DNA from: Asaia bogorensis
GTDB taxonomy: Bacteria > Bacteroidota > Bacteroidia > Chitinophagales > Chitinophagaceae
Direction of reading: 5' to 3'
DNA: 64,000 nucleotides
NCBI GenBank assembly: GCA_943367855.1
Contig: CALRKH020000001.1
Coordinates: forward strand, 365 to 64,364
The position numbers were made by a program, and so were the translations under genes. This document shows, piece after piece, positions 19,270-29,370 of the stretch (its first letter is position 1; every line of letters begins with the position of its first letter). The notes below the pieces were generated by a model. The model had not been told where the DNA came from, ran no database searches, and was given only the letters and a program-made list of their open reading frames with translations.

Positions 19270-20253
19270 TTATCCACCTTTGTACAAAATAACTAAATAC
19301 ACAATGTAAATACCAATTATAGCAAATGCATCCCAACCCATTAAAATCTTCTTTCCAGTTGGCTTATATATCAAACCTACTATAGCTATTGCCCCCATCA
19401 TAATAGTGCCGAGTATAGATGTCAAATGTCCATTACTGGCAACCTCTAGCAATGGTGCACCACTATAAAATAAGTCGTCTAAGGATAGTATCAGCAAATT
19501 AAAGAGATTACTTCCCACTAAATTTCCAACAGCCATATCAAACGCACCCATTCTTATAGATGCCAAAGACACTGCAATCTCTGGCAAACTAGTAGAAACT
19601 GCTAAGAATAATGTACCAACAAAACTCTTCCCTAATCCAGTACTAGCAGCTATCTCCTCAGCAAAATGAGGCAGGAATAATGCTGCAACAATGGTAATAA
19701 CGGCATATAATGCATACATGCCAATAGCTTTTTTCAATGATATACTCTCGTGAGCCACCTCTGGTGTCGGCTCTAATCCAGCCTTACGTTGCTCATAACT
19801 ATATACCAGCTTCATCGATATAATATACCCTGCTACCAACACCAAACTTATAATGCCCACCCTACCAAACAGCAACCAGCCTGTATCTATTGTTAAACCA
19901 TACGCTACTAAAACCATCAATATCATAGACAAGCCTATAGCCAATATATGACTCACCGATGCCACATTAAATAAACTTTTGTGCCTGGGCATAAACATAT
20001 CCATCATCGCTAGTATTACCAAATTAAAGCTACAGCTACCCACTATATCTCCTACCGCCAAATCCGCATCGCCAACTATTGCTGCCGAACTTACACCTAC
20101 CATCAGCTCTGGCAAAGATGTTACTGATGCCATTAGTATCATACCAATCAAGGCCTTTCCTACGCCGCTAATTTCTGCTATAAGGTCGCCATAATAGCTG
20201 AGCTTTTTACCAGCGAAAAATATAACTATCGCACACAAAACAAATCCAATCAT
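19270..20253 (-). CDS. Sodium:calcium antiporter (CaCA family)
   Basis: Two alpha-repeats, ASVTSLPEL...GSCSFN and AVSTSLPEI...GSNLFN; about 10 hydrophobic segments. Confidence 0.92.
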   Translation of the reverse strand: MIGFVLCAIVIFFAGKKLSYYGDLIAEISGVGKALIGMILMASVTSLPELMVGVSSAAIVGDADLAVGDIVGSCSFNLVILAMMDMFMPRHKSLFNVASVSHILAIGLSMILMVLVAYGLTIDTGWLLFGRVGIISLVLVAGYIISMKLVYSYEQRKAGLEPTPEVAHESISLKKAIGMYALYAVITIVAALFLPHFAEEIAASTGLGKSFVGTLFLAVSTSLPEIAVSLASIRMGAFDMAVGNLVGSNLFNLLILSLDDLFYSGAPLLEVASNGHLTSILGTIMMGAIAIVGLIYKPTGKKILMGWDAFAIIGIYIVYLVILYKGG

Positions 20254-20441
20254 AGCTAATATATATTTAGGTTACAAATACAGACTTTAAGCTTTGATAC
20301 TATACAGGCTTATTCATAAACTCTTTTGTTAATAAGACAGTGCCAAGCAAATCGATTATGGCTAAAATAAGACAAACCATCAAAAATCAGCTATATACAT
20401 TGCGGCATCTACTACACTTCTGCATTTGTTTAACAATTTCT

Positions 20442-20467
20442 TTTAGTTCTGTATTTTGAGAACCAAA
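20442..20467. promoter_or_regulatory. Candidate MarR/GbsR operator, copy 1 (GTTC-N10-GAAC)
   Basis: TTTAGTTC-TGTATTTTGA-GAACCAAA is an imperfect palindrome upstream of the regulator; a near-identical half-site arrangement recurs at 20988-21013. Confidence 0.5.
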
Positions 20468-20509
20468 AGAACAATCCTAATTTTGTCATGTAATTTAAAA
20501 GCTGAAAGG

Positions 20510-20974
20510 ATGAATATATCACTAACAGATACACAGCTACGCATGATAGAAGAGTTAGGTGTAGCGCACGAGAAGGCAGGTATGCAACCAGCAGCAGCCC
20601 GCATATTTGCACTTTTGGTTGTATGCGATCAAAACGAACTAACTTTTGAGCAGATATACGAACTGCTTAAACTCAGCAAAAGTGCCACTAGCAACTCTAT
20701 CAATTATTTGCTGAATATTGACAGAATAGAGTACATAACCAATCCGGGAGAAAGAAAACGCTACTTCAGGGTTAAGTTGCGTAGCATAAAGGACGCAATA
20801 CATAAATCACTTATCGGACTCGGACAGGTGAACGAGCTTTTCAAAAAAGTGCTCGAGCAACGCCCCAACACAACGGCCGATTTCAATAATGGATTGAAAG
20901 AAATGACCGAATTCATGGATTTTATCTTGGCAGAACTACCATTATTATATCAAAAATGGGAAGCAAGTAAGTAA
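20510..20974 (+). CDS. MarR/GbsR-family transcriptional regulator
   Basis: GMQPAAARIFALL...LTFEQIYELLKLSKSATSNSINYL...GERKRYF (winged HTH). Start moved to ATG 20510. Confidence 0.88.
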   Translation: MNISLTDTQLRMIEELGVAHEKAGMQPAAARIFALLVVCDQNELTFEQIYELLKLSKSATSNSINYLLNIDRIEYITNPGERKRYFRVKLRSIKDAIHKSLIGLGQVNELFKKVLEQRPNTTADFNNGLKEMTEFMDFILAELPLLYQKWEASK

Positions 20975-20987
20975 TTTTTTTGCCCAT

Positions 20988-21013
20988 ATTAGTTCTCCTT
21001 GTTACGAACAAAT
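20988..21013. promoter_or_regulatory. Candidate MarR/GbsR operator, copy 2 (GTTC-N10-GAAC)
   Basis: ATTAGTTC-TCCTTGTTAC-GAACAAAT lies between the regulator and tolC, with the same 10-nt spacer as copy 1. Confidence 0.5.
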
Positions 21014-21030
21014 TATACCAAACAGAACAA

Positions 21031-22356
21031 ATGAAACAAATAATTGCAATATTTACATTCCTGACTACCAGCTACATTACACATGCGCAGTCAGTATATA
21101 GTCTTCGTGGAGCCATAGAATATAGCTTACAAAACCACGCTAGCAACAACATCTATCTCAATGATGTGCGCAAGGCTCAGGCACAGTCGCGAGAGGCTCT
21201 ATCTGCCTATCTACCACAAGTCAATGCTAATGGAACTTTCGACGATAACCTACGCCGACAAACCACCGTTTTGCCAGGTGCTATGTTTGGCCGCAACGAA
21301 GACATACCTGTGCAGCTAGGCACCAAATACAATGCTAATGCGGTAGTGCAGCTAGACCAAACCATTTATGACCAAGCCCTGATATATGGACTAAAAGCAG
21401 GACTACCAGCCAAACTAATAGCAGAGCTAAACCTGGCTAAAAACCGTGAAGAACTGATATACAATACTGTAACAGCCTACACACAGATACTGGTGCTCAA
21501 AGAACAACAAAAACTACTAACAGCTAGCAAAAAACAATATGACGAACTGTATAGCACCACTAAGTTTCGTTTCGATAAAGGTGTTGCTAAAAAGATAGAT
21601 CTCGACAAAGTAACCGTTCAAAGAAACAATATAGCAGCCAAACTGAGACAGATAGATGCCGATATAGAGGTAGCACAAAATACACTCAAAAATGCAATGG
21701 GACTACCAGCTGATAGTAAACTACAAATAGCCGATAGTATCAACACCAACCAATTCACCATTATACCCGATGCATCTTTTGATGTGAACCAACTGATAGA
21801 CTTCAAGTTACAGCAACAAAACATTGCCCTGCAAGAGATAGACGTAAAAAGAAAAGAAGCCGCTAGCCTACCTACCCTCTCCGGATACATAAGATATGGG
21901 CAGCAATCTTTCAATAACGACTTTTCTGCTTCGCTCACCAACTGGAACACGTTTGCAGCCATGGGAGTCAAGCTTAATGTACCTATATTTTCTGGCACGC
22001 GCCGCACATCTCAGCTGCAGCAGAGCAAAATAGAACTTGAGAATGCACGCACATCTATGACATTGAATACAGAAAAACTAAACCTTCAATTCCAGAATGC
22101 AGCAAGACTATTGAAAGAAAACATAAACACTGTAAGTGCAAACAAAGAAAACATGGAGCTGGCAAAATCCGTCTACAGCACCAGCCAATTCGAGTACAGC
22201 AAAGGTGTTACTACCATGACAGACCTACTCAATGCAGACTTCGCATACCGTCAGGCACAGACAGACTATGTGAGTGCGCTGCTCAACCTTGTAACCAACA
22301 GACTCAACTTCGAAAAAGCTAAAGGCAACATCACAGACTTCGTAAACAAACTTTAA
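21031..22356 (+). CDS. TolC-family outer membrane efflux protein
   Basis: Signal peptide from ATG 21031; LRGAIEYSLQNH, YLPQVN and LNVPIFSG repeats typical of OEP; directly upstream of MFP and RND genes. Confidence 0.9.
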   Translation: MKQIIAIFTFLTTSYITHAQSVYSLRGAIEYSLQNHASNNIYLNDVRKAQAQSREALSAYLPQVNANGTFDDNLRRQTTVLPGAMFGRNEDIPVQLGTKYNANAVVQLDQTIYDQALIYGLKAGLPAKLIAELNLAKNREELIYNTVTAYTQILVLKEQQKLLTASKKQYDELYSTTKFRFDKGVAKKIDLDKVTVQRNNIAAKLRQIDADIEVAQNTLKNAMGLPADSKLQIADSINTNQFTIIPDASFDVNQLIDFKLQQQNIALQEIDVKRKEAASLPTLSGYIRYGQQSFNNDFSASLTNWNTFAAMGVKLNVPIFSGTRRTSQLQQSKIELENARTSMTLNTEKLNLQFQNAARLLKENINTVSANKENMELAKSVYSTSQFEYSKGVTTMTDLLNADFAYRQAQTDYVSALLNLVTNRLNFEKAKGNITDFVNKL

Positions 22357-22377
22357 CAATCAAATACAACATAAAAG

Positions 22378-23442
22378 ATGAAACAGAAATCAATAGCAAT
22401 AATCATAGTACTAGCTGTCATAGCAGTTATCGGCTTTGTATTGGCTAACAATAAAAAGAAAATAGAAGAAAAGAAAAAAGTAGTAGACCGCTCTAACATC
22501 CCCGTTGCTGTTACTACTGCCAAAGCAGAAGTGCTGGCTGTGGGTGGCACACTATCTCTACCAGCTACGCTAGAGGCAGCACACAAAGCGCAGATAGCAG
22601 CCCTCACTGGTGGCAGGCTCACATCGCTGCGAGTAGCATTGGGCACACATGTTACAGCTGGACAGATAGTGGGCTCTATAGATATAAGCCAACAACAACT
22701 GAGTGAAAAAGATGCTGCCGAAGCACTCGCTAAGGCAGAGAGAGATTATAAACTTGCCAAAGAACTCTTTGCAGGCAATGCAGGTACTGAGCAGAGTGTA
22801 AAGGATGCAGCACATAATTTAGAAGCAGCCCAAATAAGACTGCAACTGGCTCGTCAAAAGGTGGCTGATGGCTATATCAAATCACCTATCACAGGTATCA
22901 TTACCGAAAAGAAAGGAGAGCCAGGAGAATATACCAATCCAGGTACTCCGCTTGCTACAGTAGTTGATGTCAACAACCTAAAAGCAGTAGTATTTGTTGG
23001 AGAAAAAGACGTGTATCGGCTTCAACTAAATCAATCGGCCGAGGTAATTGCCGATGTCATGCCCAACAAGTCATTCACTGGCACTCTGTCATTCATTTCG
23101 CCCATCGGCGATGAAAACCATAACTACAAAGTGGAGCTCACATTGACCAACAATAAGCTGCAACTAAAGGCCGGCACATTTGTCAAAGTCAACTTCAACT
23201 TTGGAGATAATTACCAAGCATTGCAAGTACCCAAGCTAGCACTGGCCGAGGGCACAAAGAACCCTTACGTATATATCATAAGTGGCAGCAAAGCCACAAA
23301 AAAGACAATTAGCACGGGCAGAGAAATAGGCGAAAACATTGAAGTACTTAGTGGCTTGCAAGCAGGTGACGAAGTAGTTATCAATGGCCACATCAACCTC
23401 ACCAATGGCTGCAATATAACACGAGTAGCAAACGCAGAGTAA
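22378..23442 (+). CDS. RND efflux periplasmic adaptor (membrane fusion protein)
   Basis: N-terminal anchor, lipoyl-like halves (GTHVTAGQIVG; IKSPITGII..K....GEY...GTPL) and VPKLAL...GLQAGDEVV. Confidence 0.92.
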   Translation: MKQKSIAIIIVLAVIAVIGFVLANNKKKIEEKKKVVDRSNIPVAVTTAKAEVLAVGGTLSLPATLEAAHKAQIAALTGGRLTSLRVALGTHVTAGQIVGSIDISQQQLSEKDAAEALAKAERDYKLAKELFAGNAGTEQSVKDAAHNLEAAQIRLQLARQKVADGYIKSPITGIITEKKGEPGEYTNPGTPLATVVDVNNLKAVVFVGEKDVYRLQLNQSAEVIADVMPNKSFTGTLSFISPIGDENHNYKVELTLTNNKLQLKAGTFVKVNFNFGDNYQALQVPKLALAEGTKNPYVYIISGSKATKKTISTGREIGENIEVLSGLQAGDEVVINGHINLTNGCNITRVANAE

Positions 23443-23471
23443 CCTAACCTTAACGCTAAAAACTAACACTA

Positions 23472-26400
23472 ATGTCTATAACCGAATTAGCTATAAAAAG
23501 GCCACTGCTCATCACAGTGATATTCGTCACACTAATCCTCTTCGGATGGATTAGCTACCAACAACTCGACTACAACTTACTACCTAAGTTCGAGGCTAAT
23601 GTACTATCTGTACAAACCATTTACAGAGGTGCGTCATCAGAGGAAGTTCAGAATTCTGTCACAAAAAAGATAGAAGAAGCTATCTCCTCTATTGAGGGTG
23701 TCAGCAAGGTTACTTCTACATCTCAAGAAGGTGTTTCATTAGTCACTGTTGAGCTCAAAGCCAATACTGACATGAACACTGCTCAGCGCGATGCTGAACG
23801 CAAAATAAACGAAATGAAGGCGCAGCTACCCGACGATGTAGATGACCCTATCGTTCGGAAATTCAAAACTGATGAGATACCTATTCTACGTCTTAGTGCT
23901 ACAGCCGCACTGAGCGAACCAGAATTATATGACCTCATCGACAAAAAGATAAAGCCACTCATCCAAAACGTGCCGGGTGTTGGTCAGGTATCACTCATAG
24001 GCGGCAATAAGCGCGAAATACAAGTAGCACTCAACAATGATAAGCTACAAGCATTGGGCATATCTTCTACACAGGTCAATCAGCTAATTGCCGCATCCAG
24101 CAGCTCTTATCCGGCTGGCAATGTAGAGGCAGGCGATAGTCGCTTATCGCTCCGCTTGGATGCTAAAACTACTCGTGTTGATGAAATGCGCAACCTTATC
24201 ATCAGACAGAATACAGATGGTAGTCGTGTATTGCTAAGTGATGTAGCCACAGTAACTGATGCACAAACAGAAGCCAGCACCATCAACCGTATTAATGGAC
24301 GCACGGGCATAGGCATACAGATATTAAAGCAAGCCGATGCCAACGCGGTAGAAGTAAGCGCAGGCGTGAAAGCGAAGCTGGCAGAAATAAAACAACGATA
24401 TGCTGCTCAAAAATTCAATTATGAGATAGCCGCCGACCAATCTATATACACACTTGCATCAGCAGATGCTGTAGTGCACGATCTGTTTCTGGCCATACTC
24501 ATTGTAGGCGCAGTAATGCTCATGTTCCTACATAGTGTTCGCAGCTCACTATTTGTGTTGGTAGCAATACCCTCTGCTATGATACCCACCTTCATACTCA
24601 TGTACGTATTTGGGTTCTCGCTCAATCTCATGACACTCATGGGCCTATCTCTTGTAGTGGGCATACTTGTTGATGATAGCATAGTGGTGCTCGAAAATAT
24701 TTATAGACACATGGAGATGGGTAAGCACAAACGTATAGCGGCTTTAGAAGGCCGCAATGAGATAGGCTTCACAGCTATGGCTATTACCTTGGTAGATGTG
24801 GTAGTATTTGTACCACTTGCACTTTCTGGCGGTCTCATTGGCAATATACTTAGAGAATTCTCTCTGGTAGTTGTGTTCTCTACGCTCATGAGTTTGTTTG
24901 TATCATTCACGCTCACACCTTTATTAGCTTCTCGCTGGGGCAAGTTAGAGCACCTAACTAAGAACACAATCTGGGGCCGCATCAATCTGGGGTTCGAGCA
25001 CATTATAGATCAACTCAAAGAGGGATACACATCAATTCTGCGTTGGTCGCTCAGCCACAAGCGCTGGGTGCTATCTGGCATTTTACTATTACTTGTTGGC
25101 GCTATTGCGCTAGTACCTGCAGGCTTCATAGGGGCCACATTTGTAGGCAATGGCGACCGTGGCGAATTCACCATACAATTAGAGACATCTGCACAGTCGC
25201 CACTTTACCAAACCAACCAAGCGGTGAAGCATGTAGAAGAGCTATTACTGGCACATCCAGAGGTAGTTAAAGTATTCTCCAACGTAGGTATGCAAAGTGC
25301 TTCTATAGCTACTACCTCTACTAGCAACCTTGCAGAGATAGCAGTAACACTTGTTGACAAAAATGACAGAAAACTTTCTACAGAAGACTTCATCAATGTG
25401 CTCAGAAACGAGATTAACACACTACCTGGCGTAAAGGTTGTTATGCTCCCTACGGGTCTTGCAGGCAATACACAGTCACCCATACAAATAGCCATTAAAG
25501 GCAATGATATGGACTCTATCTGGGCTACTGCTCAGCAGGTTTATCAGGCTGTCACTAGCACACCTGGCTCCGACTATGTGCAGTATAGCACCAAAACACC
25601 TAAAACAGAGATCGCCATAGAGCTCAATCGTGATCGTCTGTCACAGTATGGCCTCACTATACCAGAGGTTGGCAATGCTGTTCAGCTAGCTTTCCGTGGC
25701 AACGACCAATCCAAATTCAAAGACAAAGGCGAAGAGTATCCAATCAATATATCGCTCGACAAAAGCGAACGCGTGAATGCTGCATCTGTCAGAAGCCTCA
25801 CCATACGCAATGCAAAAGGAGCCATGGTGCGTCTGGATGATATTGCTACCATACGCGAAACCATAGGCCAGTCTGTATTAGAACGTACAGACAACCTGTC
25901 TTCTATCAAGGTTACTTCGGCAGCAGTTGGCAGACCTAGCGGCACTATAGTAGCCGACATTCAGAAAAAAATCAGCGCACTCAATCTACCCACAGGCATC
26001 AGCATAGAATATCTGGGCGATGCCAAAAACCAGAAAGATGCATTCGGCAGTCTTGGGCTAGCCATGCTCTTGGGCATTGTATTGGTTTACCTCATCATGG
26101 TAGCCCTCTACGAGAGTGTCATACACCCATTTGTAGTGCTATTCTCCATACCTGTAGCCATGATAGGCGCATTGCTAGCACTCGCACTTACCATGGAGTC
26201 ACTATCTATATTTGCTATAGTTGGCTTGATAATGCTACTTGGTCTGGTTGCTAAAAACGGCATACTTATTGTCGACTTCACCAACCAGCTTCGCGCCGAA
26301 GGTTATGCACTCACAGAGGCACTTGTGGAGGCAGGCAAAGAACGCCTACGCCCTATACTTATGACTACCATTGCCATGATAGTAGGTATGCTACCCATTG

Positions 26401-26603
26401 CACTGGCTCACAGTGCAGGTGCCGAGGTGAAAAATGGCATGGCATGGGTCATAATAGGAGGGCTCACTAGCTCGTTATTACTTACTCTGGTACTAGTGCC
26501 AGCCATGTATATGATACTCGAAAAAGCACGCATGGGCGTTTCTAGATTATTGAGTAAAAACAAAAAATCTTCTACTGCCGAAATGGTAACTACACAACTT
26601 TAA
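23472..26603 (+). CDS. RND efflux transporter permease (AcrB/AcrD/AcrF family)
   Basis: MSITELAIKRP, GILVDDSIVVLEN, GLVAKNGILIVDF and RLRPILMTT; 1043 aa. Confidence 0.96.
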   Translation: MSITELAIKRPLLITVIFVTLILFGWISYQQLDYNLLPKFEANVLSVQTIYRGASSEEVQNSVTKKIEEAISSIEGVSKVTSTSQEGVSLVTVELKANTDMNTAQRDAERKINEMKAQLPDDVDDPIVRKFKTDEIPILRLSATAALSEPELYDLIDKKIKPLIQNVPGVGQVSLIGGNKREIQVALNNDKLQALGISSTQVNQLIAASSSSYPAGNVEAGDSRLSLRLDAKTTRVDEMRNLIIRQNTDGSRVLLSDVATVTDAQTEASTINRINGRTGIGIQILKQADANAVEVSAGVKAKLAEIKQRYAAQKFNYEIAADQSIYTLASADAVVHDLFLAILIVGAVMLMFLHSVRSSLFVLVAIPSAMIPTFILMYVFGFSLNLMTLMGLSLVVGILVDDSIVVLENIYRHMEMGKHKRIAALEGRNEIGFTAMAITLVDVVVFVPLALSGGLIGNILREFSLVVVFSTLMSLFVSFTLTPLLASRWGKLEHLTKNTIWGRINLGFEHIIDQLKEGYTSILRWSLSHKRWVLSGILLLLVGAIALVPAGFIGATFVGNGDRGEFTIQLETSAQSPLYQTNQAVKHVEELLLAHPEVVKVFSNVGMQSASIATTSTSNLAEIAVTLVDKNDRKLSTEDFINVLRNEINTLPGVKVVMLPTGLAGNTQSPIQIAIKGNDMDSIWATAQQVYQAVTSTPGSDYVQYSTKTPKTEIAIELNRDRLSQYGLTIPEVGNAVQLAFRGNDQSKFKDKGEEYPINISLDKSERVNAASVRSLTIRNAKGAMVRLDDIATIRETIGQSVLERTDNLSSIKVTSAAVGRPSGTIVADIQKKISALNLPTGISIEYLGDAKNQKDAFGSLGLAMLLGIVLVYLIMVALYESVIHPFVVLFSIPVAMIGALLALALTMESLSIFAIVGLIMLLGLVAKNGILIVDFTNQLRAEGYALTEALVEAGKERLRPILMTTIAMIVGMLPIALAHSAGAEVKNGMAWVIIGGLTSSLLLTLVLVPAMYMILEKARMGVSRLLSKNKKSSTAEMVTTQL

Positions 26604-26618
26604 AAAACACACAATAGC

Positions 26619-27152
26619 ATGTACCAGAAACTCTTATTATGTAGCATAGCTGCCTGCACCTATTGCAGCAGCTATGCCCAGCCCAAAATCGGCTCGTCTT
26701 TTCCACCAATCGCCCTATACAATGCACAAGGCAATACTGAATCTATACCAGAGTTGGGGAAAAAAGTAGTAGCCATATTTTATACCGATCCCGATGCCAA
26801 AGATGTCATCAATCCCATATCCGACGCTATTAAACAAAAGCACTACCCGACCACACAATATCTGGGCATGGGTGTGGTAAACTGTAAAGACACTTGGATG
26901 CCCAACAGTGCTATAAAAGCTGGTGTGCGTCAGAAGATAAAAAACGAACCTCAATCCGTCATCCTACTCGACCCCGACTACACACTACCTAAAGCACTAG
27001 ACCTACCAAGCTGCAACAATGCTTGCCATATCATCATCACCAATCGAAAGGGACATATTGTAGGCTCCTACAACATTACCTCACAAGACCAATGCAAAAA
27101 AGAAATGACCAGCATACTGCAAACAATTGAAAATGCAATAGCTGACAAATAA
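26619..27152 (+). CDS. YtfJ-like (thioredoxin-fold-like) exported protein
   Basis: Signal peptide; IFYTDPD..D....SDAI....Y...Y.G.GVVN.KDTW.PN.AI...V..K......ILLD.DY.L resembles YtfJ-family proteins, as recalled by eye. Confidence 0.55.
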   Translation: MYQKLLLCSIAACTYCSSYAQPKIGSSFPPIALYNAQGNTESIPELGKKVVAIFYTDPDAKDVINPISDAIKQKHYPTTQYLGMGVVNCKDTWMPNSAIKAGVRQKIKNEPQSVILLDPDYTLPKALDLPSCNNACHIIITNRKGHIVGSYNITSQDQCKKEMTSILQTIENAIADK

Positions 27153-27224
27153 CAATTCAGCTACTGACCAAAAGCAGTTCGTACACTACTTACAAACGTC
27201 ACCTTTGCAAAAACTAAAAACATC

Positions 27225-27995
27225 ATGCAACGTTTAACCAACAAATCAGCCATAGTAACAGGCGCAGCTTCTGGCCTCGGTTTAGCCATCACCAACCTCT
27301 TTCTGGAACATGGTGCAAGGGTTTTAGCCACAGACTACAATGCCGAAAAACTAGCCGCTTTAGCCGCTAAGCACGCAGGCAACAACAACCTGCATACACT
27401 AGTGGCAGATGTAGCCAATGCCGAGCACACTGCGCTTACTATATCCACCGCATTAGCAGCATTTGGCAGCATCAGCATCTTGGTCAACAATGCTGGCGTT
27501 ATGGACGACTTTAGCCCAGTAGGCTCCCTAACCGACGAACTCTGGCAACGGGTCATGTCTATCAATGTAGATGGCCCTATGCGCCTCATGAGAGCAGTCA
27601 TACCTACCATGCTGGCAGCACATGCAGGCTCCATCATCAATATAGCCTCCATAGGTGGGCTAAATGGTGCACGCGCTGGTGCCGCATATACTACTAGCAA
27701 GCATGCACTCATTGGCCTATCCAAAAACACTGGCTATCTATATGCCAAAGATGGTATTCGCTGCAATGCCATAGCAGCAGGCGCTATGGATACAGACATA
27801 GCCTCCACTATCGATTTTGCACACCTGCCTGAGCCGCAAATGTTCAACGAACGTATTGCTCCTGGCATGGCGCTCAACCCACGTTCTTCCAACCCTCTAG
27901 AAGTAGCGCAATTAGCCCTATTCCTGGCATCAGACGAAGCCTCTTTTGTAAATGGAGCCACACTCACAGCCGACGGTGGCTGGACAGCCTATTAA
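27225..27995 (+). CDS. Short-chain dehydrogenase/reductase
   Basis: TGAASGLG, NNAG, catalytic S...YTTSK and DGGWTAY. Confidence 0.95.
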   Translation: MQRLTNKSAIVTGAASGLGLAITNLFLEHGARVLATDYNAEKLAALAAKHAGNNNLHTLVADVANAEHTALTISTALAAFGSISILVNNAGVMDDFSPVGSLTDELWQRVMSINVDGPMRLMRAVIPTMLAAHAGSIINIASIGGLNGARAGAAYTTSKHALIGLSKNTGYLYAKDGIRCNAIAAGAMDTDIASTIDFAHLPEPQMFNERIAPGMALNPRSSNPLEVAQLALFLASDEASFVNGATLTADGGWTAY

Positions 27996-28027
27996 CACAA
28001 ACTGTCCTCATTTACTATTAATCAATC

Positions 28028-28074
28028 ATAGTGCAGTAGCCCACAAATTATTTATCGCTACTGCACTATTTTTT
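28028..28074 (+). terminator. Intrinsic terminator of the efflux-SDR operon
   Basis: ATAGTGCAGTAGC...GCTACTGCACTAT-TTTTT, a 13-bp stem. Confidence 0.8.
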
Positions 28075-28085
28075 GTCACCTACGG

Positions 28086-28394
28086 TCAGCTATACCCCAA
28101 TAAAGAATAAAATTTCTCTACCCACGCGTCACACTGTGCTCTATAGCGCATCACTGGCTGCTCCACATATTCCCTTATCAATATACCCCCTATCAAAAAA
28201 CCACTCAACACAAAAAACACCTCCACCCCTAGCACACCCAGCACATCTGCATGGCGTAGCACAGCACCTATCGCACTGCCTATCACTGGCTTTTGCGCCA
28301 GTGGCCCCAGTATACCTGCCGAATGCGAAAACACTACTGTTAGTATCGCAAATGCCCTTACCGCATCTAGACCTATTTTCCTTTCCCGCTTTAT
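28086..28394 (-). pseudogene. Truncated acyltransferase-3 (OafA-like) remnant
   Basis: The frame reads IKRERKIGLDAVRAFAILTVVFSH...LGVEVFFVLSGFLIGGILIR, i.e. both N-terminal acyltransferase-3 motifs, then stops after 103 codons. There is no ATG between the upstream in-frame TAA (28401-28403) and the homology. Confidence 0.75.
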
Positions 28395-28585
28395 AAATCC
28401 TTATTTATCGTCAGTGATAAGAAGAACATTCCACTTCACACGTGCACCCCCATAAAAACTATTCTCTTTGCCTTAACAAATTTGTTACTATCTTCATTTT
28501 AGTTTAGTCAGCGTTTTTATCTTTCCATTTTGCCTAGCGAGTTTTTTGGAGGTCACATCGCATTACTCCAAAAAATTAGTTAAGT

Positions 28586-29350
28586 ATGATCATTACCATC
28601 TTTTTTATTGCCGTTTGGTATCTCTCATTGTTTTCCCAAACCTTTCTTCAACACCGCTATGCCGCACATGGCGCATTCACCATGAGCAAAGGCTGGGAGC
28701 GCTTCTTCTTCATTATAGCATACATCACACAAGGCTCTTCTTATATGAGCCCTAAGACCTATGCCATCATGCACAGGCTCCATCACGCTCATACCGATAC
28801 CGAACTCGACCCACACTCACCATCCTATTCCGCCAACATCTTCTCTATGATGTGGCGCACACGTGGCTTCTACCAAGACATACAACACAACAGAAAAACC
28901 ATAGACCCCAAATACCTCAAAAACCTACCCGAGTGGGACTCTTTCGACAAGTTTGCCAACACTGGCTTCTCTCGCCTGCTATGGGTGGCTCTATACGTGC
29001 TCTTCTTCATTCAGTTTGCTACCAGCCCATGGCAATACCTGCTCCTACCCATTATAGTATCTATGGGGGCATTTCACGGCGCTGTTATCAATTGGTTTGC
29101 ACACAAGTATGGCTACATCAACTTCCGCATGCGAAACACCTCTATGAATCTCTTTTTTATAGACATACTCATGCTCGGCGAGGCATACCACAACAATCAC
29201 CACAAGTATCCATCTTCTATCAACTTCGGCCGTCGCTGGTTCGAGATAGACCCCATTTACTACGTCATTAGGCTCTTTCATCGCCTCGGCATCATCACCA
29301 TTGCTGCACAGCCCGTCACAGCGGCTACGCCACACCATCACCATCATTAA
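28586..29350 (+). CDS. Acyl-CoA/fatty-acid desaturase (delta-9-like)
   Basis: Three His boxes: HRYAAH, HRLHH and HNNHH. Confidence 0.93.
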   Translation: MIITIFFIAVWYLSLFSQTFLQHRYAAHGAFTMSKGWERFFFIIAYITQGSSYMSPKTYAIMHRLHHAHTDTELDPHSPSYSANIFSMMWRTRGFYQDIQHNRKTIDPKYLKNLPEWDSFDKFANTGFSRLLWVALYVLFFIQFATSPWQYLLLPIIVSMGAFHGAVINWFAHKYGYINFRMRNTSMNLFFIDILMLGEAYHNNHHKYPSSINFGRRWFEIDPIYYVIRLFHRLGIITIAAQPVTAATPHHHHH

Positions 29351-29370
29351 ATACAAACAACACATAAATC

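Noticed and set aside
28073-28396. 107-aa plus-strand ORF
   Set aside because: Antisense to the acyltransferase remnant, which carries the recognisable motifs.
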